Below, one piece after another: positions 1-8,492 of a stretch of DNA of 20,462 bases. Made by a program: the position numbers and the translations under genes. The notes below the pieces were generated by a model. That model saw nothing but the letters and a program-made list of their open reading frames with translations. It had not been told where the DNA came from and made no database searches. This stretch comes from Candidatus Iainarchaeum sp. Its GTDB lineage: Archaea > Iainarchaeota > Iainarchaeia > Iainarchaeales > DTGL01. The stretch lies in assembly GCA_038886995.1 (NCBI GenBank), contig JAWALG010000019.1, forward strand, positions 1 through 20,462. Direction: 5' to 3'. How positions within the stretch are numbered: the stretch's first letter is position 1; every line of letters begins with the position of its first letter.

Positions 1-15
1 TTTACATCTCATTCA

Positions 16-29
16 ATATATACTTTTTG
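16..29 (-). promoter_or_regulatory. Possible archaeal BRE/TATA for a gene left of the window
   Basis: Minus strand reads CAAAAAGTATATAT, a purine run followed by a TATA-like box, just past the stop of 56..1396. Confidence 0.4.
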
Positions 30-55
30 TTTATTCGGTTTAAAATTAATTCTCC

Positions 56-1396
56 TTAACCCTCCACTTTTATTGTCCTTACCTTTTTCACCTTGAGGCC
101 ATCGTTGTCATAAACAGTTAGTGAGACCGTATAATACCCTGGTTTGAAGCCGTATGTCACAGGAATTGGCTCCTGCTTCATTACATGCTTCTGGCCGTCA
201 CCGAAGTTCCATGTAAGGGAGCTTACTGTTCCATCTGAATCTGAAACATTCGGAGTAAATTTTAACAAAATCTCTTCGCCACTTACACGATCAAATTCAT
301 ATTCAAAGTTAGCAACTGGCGGGTTCCCAGCAGCGGCAACAAGCGGTAATTGGAACAAAAGCTTTGGTTCACTGTAGCCGACTTGGTTGGCTGGGTACAT
401 TCTTATAAGCCAGTTTGCTTCTGCCGATTCCATGGTGTCAGGGAAGAAAATCTTGTCAACATAAAGGAAGTGCGCTCCAGGATTACTGTAGCAACCGACA
501 TAAATGTCATTTCCCCCAATGCATTTTTGTGCTGCTTCTTCAAGGTCAATATAATATGAATCGTTCTTATCTTTTTCTTTGTGCAAGGTTAGACCATAAA
601 CTTTAGCTCCGGCCCTTTTTGGCTCTAATGGGCCATCGCATGAAACTTTGCAGTCCAGGGCGATTTCAATTGCCCTTAAAAGTTGTGTTCCACCCAAAGC
701 CATTGTCCGGAGACCACCAAAAGGGATAACATATGCATCATAGCCATTGCTTGCAACATAAGTGCTTGGAATGCTTGATACCTTCTCAACCTTGGTTTTG
801 AAAGAATTCGGCGTACTGTAGTCACCACCCGTTGTTGTGCAAAGCTTGTTATGGCCATAGTTGGAGCAGTTGTACTTCTTTTGGCCCTCATCGCATAACT
901 TTGTTATGAATGCCGTAGAGACATTTATTATTGGTGGGCTATCTTGAGAGGCACCTTCATTTATCCATTCATTTTTCCTGAACTTGTTTTCATCCTGACC
1001 CGGCTGTGGCTGATCTTCACCTGTTGGTGGCTCAATTGCTATGCCATGCGCCAGTGTTAAGCTGCTTGGAACCTGTTGGGTTGGAACATCGTTTTGCATA
1101 AAGGTTATTTTAAAGCCGGTTTCCGCATCGCTGAATGCAAGCTCACCACCAACGCAAATCCGCTGGTATTTATTGTAACTGCCCCAAGTCAATGGCAGCC
1201 TAAATGTTTTTATAATGTCATTTGCATAACCTGAAATTTGCCATATTTGGCCATCACTACCATAAGCTAACTCAGTTGCGTTTATGCCACTTGCACAGGA
1301 AGCATAGGACAGTGCGTTTTGTGCTGAAAATAAGAAAAAGACAATTGTAGCAGTAAAGAATAACTTCCTTTTTATGGTTATACAGTCACCTTTCAT
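56..1396 (-). CDS. Secreted protein with C-terminal PKD domain (446 aa)
   Basis: Basic plus hydrophobic N-terminal signal peptide. C-terminal PKD signature NPPVANF...SDSDGTVSSLTWNFGDG...PGYYTVSLTVYDNDG. The N-terminal ~350 aa are unrecognised. Confidence 0.85.
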   Translation of the reverse strand: MKGDCITIKRKLFFTATIVFFLFSAQNALSYASCASGINATELAYGSDGQIWQISGYANDIIKTFRLPLTWGSYNKYQRICVGGELAFSDAETGFKITFMQNDVPTQQVPSSLTLAHGIAIEPPTGEDQPQPGQDENKFRKNEWINEGASQDSPPIINVSTAFITKLCDEGQKKYNCSNYGHNKLCTTTGGDYSTPNSFKTKVEKVSSIPSTYVASNGYDAYVIPFGGLRTMALGGTQLLRAIEIALDCKVSCDGPLEPKRAGAKVYGLTLHKEKDKNDSYYIDLEEAAQKCIGGNDIYVGCYSNPGAHFLYVDKIFFPDTMESAEANWLIRMYPANQVGYSEPKLLFQLPLVAAAGNPPVANFEYEFDRVSGEEILLKFTPNVSDSDGTVSSLTWNFGDGQKHVMKQEPIPVTYGFKPGYYTVSLTVYDNDGLKVKKVRTIKVEG

Positions 1397-1405
1397 AATA
1401 CTAAC

Positions 1406-2902
1406 CTACTTTTTTGCCTTCTTTATGTAATAGAAGCCAATCCCCACAAGCAATATTACAGCTACTGCCACTATTGCAACCATTTCCAGTGGAAACTCCT
1501 GTTTTGGTTCTGGCGTTTTTGTGGGCTCCGGGCTCTTTATCTGTATCTGTGTCTTTGTAGTTTCAGGTGTTGTAGGCATTGGCTTTGCTTCAATCCTTGC
1601 TTTTTCTTCGTAGAATTTGTCTATTAAGCTAGCGTCCCTGAAATCAGCTAACCTGTAAACCTTTGTTATTTCTTGGTGAACTTTACCTGTGCTGGAATCT
1701 TTAATCTTTGCAATAAGATGAAGTTCATCGTAGCATTCCTGGGCTTTAAGATCTTTCTTTATAGCCATTATCTTTGGCGTTATTTCGCCGGAAAACGTCT
1801 CTTTTGCCAGTGTATTTCCTTTGCTGTCTTTGAGCTCAAGCACAACCTCGCCATTAAAGTTTGTGAACCAATCAGTGGTATTTGAAAAGCATGCAAACAT
1901 TGTAAAGTCATCACCTTTCAGCAAAGGAAATGCTGTGAGGCCTGTATGGATAAATCTTCCTTTAGCACCTTTTACTGTAAACCTAAGTAATATTATGCTG
2001 TTCCAAGCACTGTTGGCTGCAGTTATCTTGAGTTCATAAGCACCTGGCTCAAGATTAGAAAAGCTTATCGAAGCTTTCTTGCTAGATTTTGCGCCAATAT
2101 CAATGTTTTCATTCTTAGAGTAACTGCTTAAAAGGTTCTTTTCATCGCTCTGGTCCCATGAGTAAAGCTGGTACATAACAGAAACACTTTGGCTTTTCGT
2201 GGTTGGATTTACTATTGGTACTTCATATGTTATTGTGTCGCCTTTTTCAAAGTTCTTTGAGAAATGCCTCAAAATTTGCCTCTCACCGTTGAGCAAGACA
2301 GCATTTCTATCAAAATAAAACGGCAAATTTTCGTTGTTACTTTCAACATCAAAGCTTGCTAAGCCACCATAATAGTTTGTTATAAATGGCAGGCCTGACA
2401 TGTTGTAAGCTTTTAACTCTTGGAAATAGAGCGCAACATCGTATCTGCCTTTTGGTGCATCTTTTGGAATAGTCCATTCGACAGCCAAGTCATATGCTTG
2501 CTTGGGTGCAAGCGCTAAGCCATCAAATGCAATAAATTCTGCCAGAAGATGGTCTCCCTGATAATTTCCACTTTCCTTGTTTACATAATACACTTGTGCT
2601 ATCACATTGCCGTGGACAATTGCATATTCATTGTTGTTTATTATGGTAGTCACAACACTGGCGGTTTCGCCTGGTGTGTAAACAGTCTTTTCAGGCCGAG
2701 GATAATCAAATTCCACAAGCCCAAAGTGATAATAATCAAAGCAATCAACGCCGGTAGCTTCAACATTTCTGCCACCAACACTGATATTGACAGTGTCTTC
2801 GCCACCATCATTGCTGTTGCCAACAGTAATGCTGGTAGAAAGCCCAATCGGCAAAATAAAAAACAGAACAAAAGATAATGCAAGAAGCTTTTTATCGTCC
2901 AA
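1406..2902 (-). CDS. Membrane-anchored surface protein with Ig-like (CARDB-like) domains (498 aa)
   Basis: TTG start 4 nt after SD AGGTGG. Signal peptide, beta-rich Ig-like motifs (WTIPKDAPKGRYDV, LEPGAYEL), P/T/E/K linker, C-terminal TM helix and KKAKK tail. Confidence 0.8.
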   Translation of the reverse strand: MDDKKLLALSFVLFFILPIGLSTSITVGNSNDGGEDTVNISVGGRNVEATGVDCFDYYHFGLVEFDYPRPEKTVYTPGETASVVTTIINNNEYAIVHGNVIAQVYYVNKESGNYQGDHLLAEFIAFDGLALAPKQAYDLAVEWTIPKDAPKGRYDVALYFQELKAYNMSGLPFITNYYGGLASFDVESNNENLPFYFDRNAVLLNGERQILRHFSKNFEKGDTITYEVPIVNPTTKSQSVSVMYQLYSWDQSDEKNLLSSYSKNENIDIGAKSSKKASISFSNLEPGAYELKITAANSAWNSIILLRFTVKGAKGRFIHTGLTAFPLLKGDDFTMFACFSNTTDWFTNFNGEVVLELKDSKGNTLAKETFSGEITPKIMAIKKDLKAQECYDELHLIAKIKDSSTGKVHQEITKVYRLADFRDASLIDKFYEEKARIEAKPMPTTPETTKTQIQIKSPEPTKTPEPKQEFPLEMVAIVAVAVILLVGIGFYYIKKAKK

Positions 2903-2966
2903 AAAACCACCTTCCTTAAGTTTTTATAATTTCATTTTAAGGTATTCAGAATATTTAGTTTTTTCT

Positions 2967-2983
2967 TATATATAAACTTTTCC
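2967..2983 (-). promoter_or_regulatory. Archaeal BRE+TATA promoter for the 2902/1396 gene pair
   Basis: Minus strand GGAAAAGTTTATATATA, about 65 nt upstream of the TTG start. Confidence 0.7.
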
Positions 2984-3032
2984 TATGCGCTTCTTCAGCA
3001 AAACTACTTTGCTTTAAATCAGCAATTTTAAG

Positions 3033-3048
3033 CAAAGGTTTTTATATG
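3033..3048 (+). promoter_or_regulatory. Archaeal BRE+TATA promoter for 3117..3926 (divergent)
   Basis: CAAAGGTTTTTATATG about 70 nt upstream of the ATG. SD GAGGAG lies at about 3102-3107. Confidence 0.65.
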
Positions 3049-3116
3049 TAAAAAATGTTATATATTCACTTTAGGAATAATAGTCATAAAAAAATAATAC
3101 TGAGGAGCTGTTGTGA

Positions 3117-3926
3117 ATGAAATCTGTAAAAGCATCAAAATCAGTTTCTTTGTTTTTGTCTATGCTGCTCATGCCTTGTTTCTGCTTGGCATTTACAGTA
3201 ACAACAAGACCTGTTAATACCACAATATATAACCCCTCGGCAGCAATACCTTTGCAAAAATCGGTTTTTTTTGTTAAAATTGATTCTAGTGTTTTAGCCA
3301 AAAATTACCCTTGGCACAATGGACATTATTTTTTCTATCCATATGAACTCATACCAATTATAAACGAAAGCGAGCTTGGTCGTGATCTGACATTGCTGCA
3401 GCAAGGAAGACCAAAAGTGAGCTTTGATGTTAAGTATATAGACAGAGGAACTGATAACCACAATTTGGATTGTTATGGTGGGGTCGGCTTCAGAAGCTTC
3501 CATAGTGCTGGCGAAACGCAGCGTTGTGATGGTGGCCCTAAGGCAAATAATGGTAGAAAGCAGGGGCGCATCGAGTATAGAATAAACAGCATAAAACAAC
3601 CGACACTAGTAGAAAGAACGGTTAATGAAAGATTCCAGTATGTTTGGAAGGACACTCAAAATCCAGAAATTGTAATTGATTTCGATGTTAGGTTCAGAAT
3701 TGATGAAGGCACCGGCGCAGGTGGAAATTTTACTCCCTGGTTTAGCACTCAAGAGCAGATTAACTCTTATGCGGCGGGCCTGCCACCCAGTCAAGGAACT
3801 ACAGGACCAGGCACACAGCCGCCGGTTGTTGTTCTGCCAACCAACTGTGATGCCTGTTCTTCAATAATCCAATGCCTTGCCTGCCTTCAGTATAACTTTG
3901 TAAGTTCACTAAAAAGGGTTTGGTAA
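3117..3926 (+). CDS. Secreted hypothetical protein with G/P/T linker and C-terminal CxxC-x5-CxxC (269 aa)
   Basis: SD GAGGAG, its own promoter, signal peptide ending CLA, and it fills the gap between minus-strand genes. No family recognised. Confidence 0.75.
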   Translation: MKSVKASKSVSLFLSMLLMPCFCLAFTVTTRPVNTTIYNPSAAIPLQKSVFFVKIDSSVLAKNYPWHNGHYFFYPYELIPIINESELGRDLTLLQQGRPKVSFDVKYIDRGTDNHNLDCYGGVGFRSFHSAGETQRCDGGPKANNGRKQGRIEYRINSIKQPTLVERTVNERFQYVWKDTQNPEIVIDFDVRFRIDEGTGAGGNFTPWFSTQEQINSYAAGLPPSQGTTGPGTQPPVVVLPTNCDACSSIIQCLACLQYNFVSSLKRVW

Positions 3927-3954
3927 ATAAAAAGAGAATTGAAGCAGGGAATAA

Positions 3955-3994
3955 TGAATAAAATAAAAAAGAAAAAAAAGAATGGAGAAAAAAG
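3955..3994 (-). terminator. Oligo-T tract (archaeal intrinsic terminator) after the surface-protein operon
   Basis: Minus strand CTTTTTTCTCCATTCTTTTTTTTCTTTTTTATTTTATT directly after the stop at 3996. Confidence 0.6.
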
Positions 3995-3995
3995 C

Positions 3996-6197
3996 TTACT
4001 TGCTCTTTTTCTCATTCTTAAATCCTGTCTCTTCGCTCTTCTCTTTCTTGTAAGCGTAGTATGCCAGAATCACTATTACTATGGCAACAACCGCTAAGAA
4101 GAGAAGCACTATTATGTTCGTCATTGGCTCTGACACTGCTTGCCCAACAGGAGCAGCAGGTGACTCTGCTGCATTTTGATCAACTGGCTTTGTTGCAGTA
4201 GCTGTCTCTTTGGCCGTTGGAGTGACTTTAACTGGAACCTCTGAAACTTCCTTCTTAACTAGGTCTATTACAACAGATTTTTTTATTATCCCGCGGTCTG
4301 TTGTTACAGTGATTGGCACTTCTAATGAATTCACATCAAGCTTGCCTAAAGCAACAGTTGCTGTTAGCTCAACAAAGCCGTTTTTGTCAAGGGTGAACTT
4401 GGTTGGGCTGAATGTTACGCTGTACTTCTCTGCTTTAACATCGCTGACTTCAAGCAGGCAATCGCTTGTGTTAACAATTCTTACCTTTGCCTTTATTGTC
4501 TTTTCTTGCTGTATTATTGTTTCCTCAACCTGTGCTGATGTCTCAATGCCTATCTTCTGGGGTAGTGTTACTGAGGCAAGGTTTATCCTTATTGGAAACT
4601 CTTTCTTGTAGTCAGTTGCTTCAACCCATAGCGTTGCTGTATAACTGCCAGCTGTTTCTGTTATGGGTGGTCCAACATATATGTAGAATGGCTTTGTCTC
4701 TTTTGGAGCAAGCTTCAAGCTAGTTGGCTCCAAGTAAACCCACTTTGTGCCAGTTAGCGAAAGCTTCACATCTTGCTCCTTTGTACCCATATTTGTAACT
4801 TTGAGTTCAAGCAATACGCTTTGTGGGCATAATTCAGGTGAAACTTCCATTTTTATCTCTTTGTCTATTGCTTTTGCATCAACGCTCAGTGCATAGCAGT
4901 CCTCTAACTCAAAGTTAACCTTGAATGAATCGCTGAATTGTGGTGAGCTTATGCTTATAGTGAAGCTCTTTTTGCCCTCTCTTTCTGCGCTGACATCAAT
5001 TGTTGCTTTTACCTCTTTGCTTTCGCCCGGTTTAAGGGTTAACTTTGTGGTGCTCAAGGTGCCTTTCATTCCAGAGAGAGCAAGGTCGAAGGTTATCTCA
5101 GTGTTCTTTGTGTTCTTAAGCTCAAAGCTGTATTCTAATGTTTTGTCTTCTATGCATGCCCTCTCCTTACCTGAAAACTTTTCTATATCCACCTTGTAAC
5201 AATCCCTTAACATTATTTCAAACTGCTGTGCTGTGTTCTTGTCATATGTCTTCGAATAGGCCTTCAGGGTAAAGCTGAACTTTCCTTCAAAGGCGTTCTT
5301 CAAGAACTTTACAGTTACTTCGCCTTCTTTGCCACCTTCTATTGACAGGGTTTTCTGCTGTAGAACAACCCAGTCAGGTCCTTCCAAGCTCAAGGAAAGC
5401 TCATCTTTTCTGGGCCCTAAGTTCTTTATCCTAATGGCTGTTGTTTGCTCTATGTCATTACACACATCAAATGACTTCTTCTCAATCTCAATGTTTTGCC
5501 TATCGACTAGCCCAGCAGTTAGTGAGGCACTGCCCGCGAACTTTGGGCAGTCACCCTCAACAGTTTTTGCAACGACCTCTACACTCTTCTTTGTTGGGGT
5601 GAACTGACATGGCGCCTTTATCTTTAAGTTTACTGTCTTCTTTGAGTTTGCTTCAAGGCGCATTTCTTTTGCGCTAAGCTCGAAGAGTTGAGGCGAGTCA
5701 GTATTAAGGCTTAATACTAAGTTAGTTATTGCAGGGCTTGCATTTTCAACTGTAACTATTGCGGTTCTCTCATCGCACTGCCCTAACTGAGTTTCAGTTG
5801 GCTCGATGGAAACCTTTACTTTGCCAGCTTCCTGTACAACGAAATTGACCTTTTTGACAAAGTCGCCCTTTGAAGATGTTGCCTTTATCGTTATTGCATA
5901 GTCACCAGGATCTCCGCAACAGCATGGCTTAATAAAAAGCCTTAGATCTGCACTCTCGCCAGAATTTAGTGTTATCTTATACGGCAACTGTGGTATGGTC
6001 TTTATATCAAAAACTTCTGGCTTGTAGTCAACGCTTATCGTAAACTCAGTTCTCTCTGAGAAATCGTTTGTTATTTTATAAACTGGCATGGCAGGGTCAG
6101 AAAAACAGCTTGCCGTTAGTTTTCCTTCCCCCTCAATTGCAGCAAGCACACTTGCTGCAATCAGCAAAAACGCTAAAGCAACAATTAACTTCTTCAT
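3996..6197 (-). CDS. Large surface protein with tandem Ig-like (NEW3/COG1470-like) repeats and C-terminal TM anchor (733 aa)
   Basis: SD AGGAGGT, signal peptide ending VLA. Repeated ~100-aa units (V/IxNxG...LxLxPGESK...GxY), T/A/P linker, TM helix and basic tail. Confidence 0.85.
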   Translation of the reverse strand: MKKLIVALAFLLIAASVLAAIEGEGKLTASCFSDPAMPVYKITNDFSERTEFTISVDYKPEVFDIKTIPQLPYKITLNSGESADLRLFIKPCCCGDPGDYAITIKATSSKGDFVKKVNFVVQEAGKVKVSIEPTETQLGQCDERTAIVTVENASPAITNLVLSLNTDSPQLFELSAKEMRLEANSKKTVNLKIKAPCQFTPTKKSVEVVAKTVEGDCPKFAGSASLTAGLVDRQNIEIEKKSFDVCNDIEQTTAIRIKNLGPRKDELSLSLEGPDWVVLQQKTLSIEGGKEGEVTVKFLKNAFEGKFSFTLKAYSKTYDKNTAQQFEIMLRDCYKVDIEKFSGKERACIEDKTLEYSFELKNTKNTEITFDLALSGMKGTLSTTKLTLKPGESKEVKATIDVSAEREGKKSFTISISSPQFSDSFKVNFELEDCYALSVDAKAIDKEIKMEVSPELCPQSVLLELKVTNMGTKEQDVKLSLTGTKWVYLEPTSLKLAPKETKPFYIYVGPPITETAGSYTATLWVEATDYKKEFPIRINLASVTLPQKIGIETSAQVEETIIQQEKTIKAKVRIVNTSDCLLEVSDVKAEKYSVTFSPTKFTLDKNGFVELTATVALGKLDVNSLEVPITVTTDRGIIKKSVVIDLVKKEVSEVPVKVTPTAKETATATKPVDQNAAESPAAPVGQAVSEPMTNIIVLLFLAVVAIVIVILAYYAYKKEKSEETGFKNEKKSK

Positions 6198-6203
6198 TAT
6201 TAC

Positions 6204-8462
6204 CTACCTCCTATAAAGCATAAACTCTGCTTTTTTTTGTCGCCCCCCCAGAGCATTTAGTATTAGAACTATTGCTATGAAAGCAACGACAATTATTAAG
6301 CCGATTACCCATGGGTTTTCCAGGGTTAAGAGACCAATAGCTGCGCCATCTTGGCTTGCAGGCACTGTCTCGACATAGATGCTAACCGGCTTTGATACCT
6401 CAGTGTTTTCAAATCTCAATCTGAGCAGGCCATCATAGTGCCTGTCCGGTGTAATCTTAGCGTCAGCGCCAATAGATGTTATTACTGTTTCAGTTGCTCC
6501 AGGCGCAAGGTAAACGCTCTTTGTTTGGGAATATAACCCTTGCGGGAGCCCGAAATCTATTGAAACAGTTACGGCTCTTGATGTTGGGTTATGAAGCACT
6601 ATCGAGAACTGCTTCTCAGTGCCTGGTATAATTGCCATATTTACTGGATATGATAAGATCACAGGTCTTTCTCCTTCAACAGGCGCTGTGCTCGGTGTTT
6701 CAGAGCCCTTTGTAACGTCAAAGTATATCGTCCTTACCCAAACGCTGCTGTTTTCAACAACAATGTCTGTGCTGTACTTTGCTAATGGCATGTCTACTGG
6801 CACATTAACTGTTATGAAAACCTCTTTTGCTTCGCCCGGGTAAAGCGAGAATGAGCTTTCAGAAAACTTAATTGTTGCTTTTGTGGGGTTATTTGTGCTT
6901 ATTTTGTAGTTTTGCACGGTGTCTCCAGCGTTATGCACGGTCATGGTAAAGACACCATAACTGCACTGCGGTATCTTGATATCGTTATTTACAAGAGATA
7001 CAAGTGTTTTGTGCATCTGCTGCACTTCCACACACAATTCCTTCTTTTCTTTATAGCTATCCTGCCATCCATATAATGTTATGTATTGTTTGCCTGGCTT
7101 GTCAGTCTCTCTAGCGTAAGCTCTCACATATACAGTTTTGCTCTCATAAGGCCCTAGAGTTACGCTTGTTTGGTCAACTTCGCTAACTATTGAAGAAACT
7201 GCCTGAAGGTTTACTGTCTGTGAGTATCTACTTAGGTTTTTGACTGTGAAGGCAATATTGGCATTTTGCATCTTCTGCATTGATGTGCATGCTACTGGAA
7301 CTTCTATGGAGAAGTTCCTAGTTTCTGGCTTCGGGCAACTTATAACTGTAAAGTTTGCCCTGCGCTGCAGCGTGTAGCCATCAACCTTGCCGTATATGGT
7401 GACATATTGTTCACCACTCTGGCATTGCATGTAAACATTTAGGTTTACATATTTCTCTTGGTTAGCGCTCAAAACCACTGCGCTCTGCTCAAAGCTGCTT
7501 GAAAAGCCAACAGAGCTTGACTCTAACCTTACCACCAGCTCGTTGTTTGTAAGGTTCTTTACCAGAACGCTTATTGTGCCTTTAGATTCTTGGCACACAG
7601 AAGTCCTTATAGGCACTATCTCAATTGGCTGCCCGCAGTATGGTTGGCAGCTTGGTGTTGGGGTTGGAGTATAGCAAGGATAATAGTATGTTCCACATGT
7701 TGGCACTGGTGTTGGAGTATAGCACGGCGGATACGGACAGCACTGAGGTGGTTGGCATGGTTCTTCAACTTTAACAGTTATTTCTTTTTCTCTTGTATAA
7801 CAGCCCTCGCCCCTGATCTTGACGCTGTAATATCCAACCGAGGCATTGTTTGTTTTTATTGTGAGTGACAGTTGCTTTGATTCATATGCATTTAGGCATA
7901 CACTTTCCCTTGAAGCCCATGACTCAATATAAGAGCTACTATTGCTAGTCCTTAAATTTATGCAAATTGAGTAGTTTCCCTTGTTTCTTAGCCAAAAACT
8001 CAATGTTTTAGTATCATTTCTTTTCATTGTTACGCTATCCGTGCCTGTAGTTATCTCAAAATCTATGCAAGGTTCTCCCTGAATTGTTACGCTATCACTA
8101 TTTTCCTCGCTGTAGTCCCTACCATCAAATGCCTTAACAACACACCTCCATGTTTCTGAATAGTTTGTACTGTTTTTGGATATGGATGAATAATTTGAGG
8201 TAGTTGATTGTGTTGTGTAGAGCACTCCGTCCCTATACCATCTGTAATGGTATGTTAGTGTGTCGCATTCAGGGTCATAGCTATTGGCATAGCAGTAAAG
8301 ATCATCATTTGTAGTTGGGTTAGATGGTGTTATGTATACATTAGGTTTGCTTGGAGGCGTATTTGGGCATGTTGTACATGCGTATGTGCATGCGTAAGCA
8401 AGCCCAGCAAATATAACAAGCAAAAACAAGATTCCTGATTTGTTTACAATTCTCTTATTCAT
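6204..8462 (-). CDS. Large surface glycoprotein-like protein with Ig-like repeats, Cys/Pro/Thr hinge and C-terminal TM anchor (752 aa)
   Basis: SD GGGTGG, signal peptide ending AYA. N-terminal Ig-like unit NTPP...DLYC...TYHYRWYRDG, repeated VxN...LxP(Y/G)ExK units, C-terminal TM helix. Confidence 0.85.
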   Translation of the reverse strand: MNKRIVNKSGILFLLVIFAGLAYACTYACTTCPNTPPSKPNVYITPSNPTTNDDLYCYANSYDPECDTLTYHYRWYRDGVLYTTQSTTSNYSSISKNSTNYSETWRCVVKAFDGRDYSEENSDSVTIQGEPCIDFEITTGTDSVTMKRNDTKTLSFWLRNKGNYSICINLRTSNSSSYIESWASRESVCLNAYESKQLSLTIKTNNASVGYYSVKIRGEGCYTREKEITVKVEEPCQPPQCCPYPPCYTPTPVPTCGTYYYPCYTPTPTPSCQPYCGQPIEIVPIRTSVCQESKGTISVLVKNLTNNELVVRLESSSVGFSSSFEQSAVVLSANQEKYVNLNVYMQCQSGEQYVTIYGKVDGYTLQRRANFTVISCPKPETRNFSIEVPVACTSMQKMQNANIAFTVKNLSRYSQTVNLQAVSSIVSEVDQTSVTLGPYESKTVYVRAYARETDKPGKQYITLYGWQDSYKEKKELCVEVQQMHKTLVSLVNNDIKIPQCSYGVFTMTVHNAGDTVQNYKISTNNPTKATIKFSESSFSLYPGEAKEVFITVNVPVDMPLAKYSTDIVVENSSVWVRTIYFDVTKGSETPSTAPVEGERPVILSYPVNMAIIPGTEKQFSIVLHNPTSRAVTVSIDFGLPQGLYSQTKSVYLAPGATETVITSIGADAKITPDRHYDGLLRLRFENTEVSKPVSIYVETVPASQDGAAIGLLTLENPWVIGLIIVVAFIAIVLILNALGGRQKKAEFMLYRR
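7640..7760 (-). repeat. Intragenic duplicated Cys/Pro/Thr motif (PCYTPTPxPxC x2)
   Basis: The DNA word GTTGGAGTATAGCA occurs twice (about 7663 and 7711). Protein reads PCYTPTPVPTC and PCYTPTPTPSC. Confidence 0.75.
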
Positions 8463-8492
8463 AAAACCACCCTTAGTTTAATTCCTCCTTTT

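Noticed and set aside
6231-6249. Programmed frameshift or phase variation at the G7/A8 runs
   Set aside because: Both shifted frames hit stops before the next gene, and only the short cytoplasmic tail would change.
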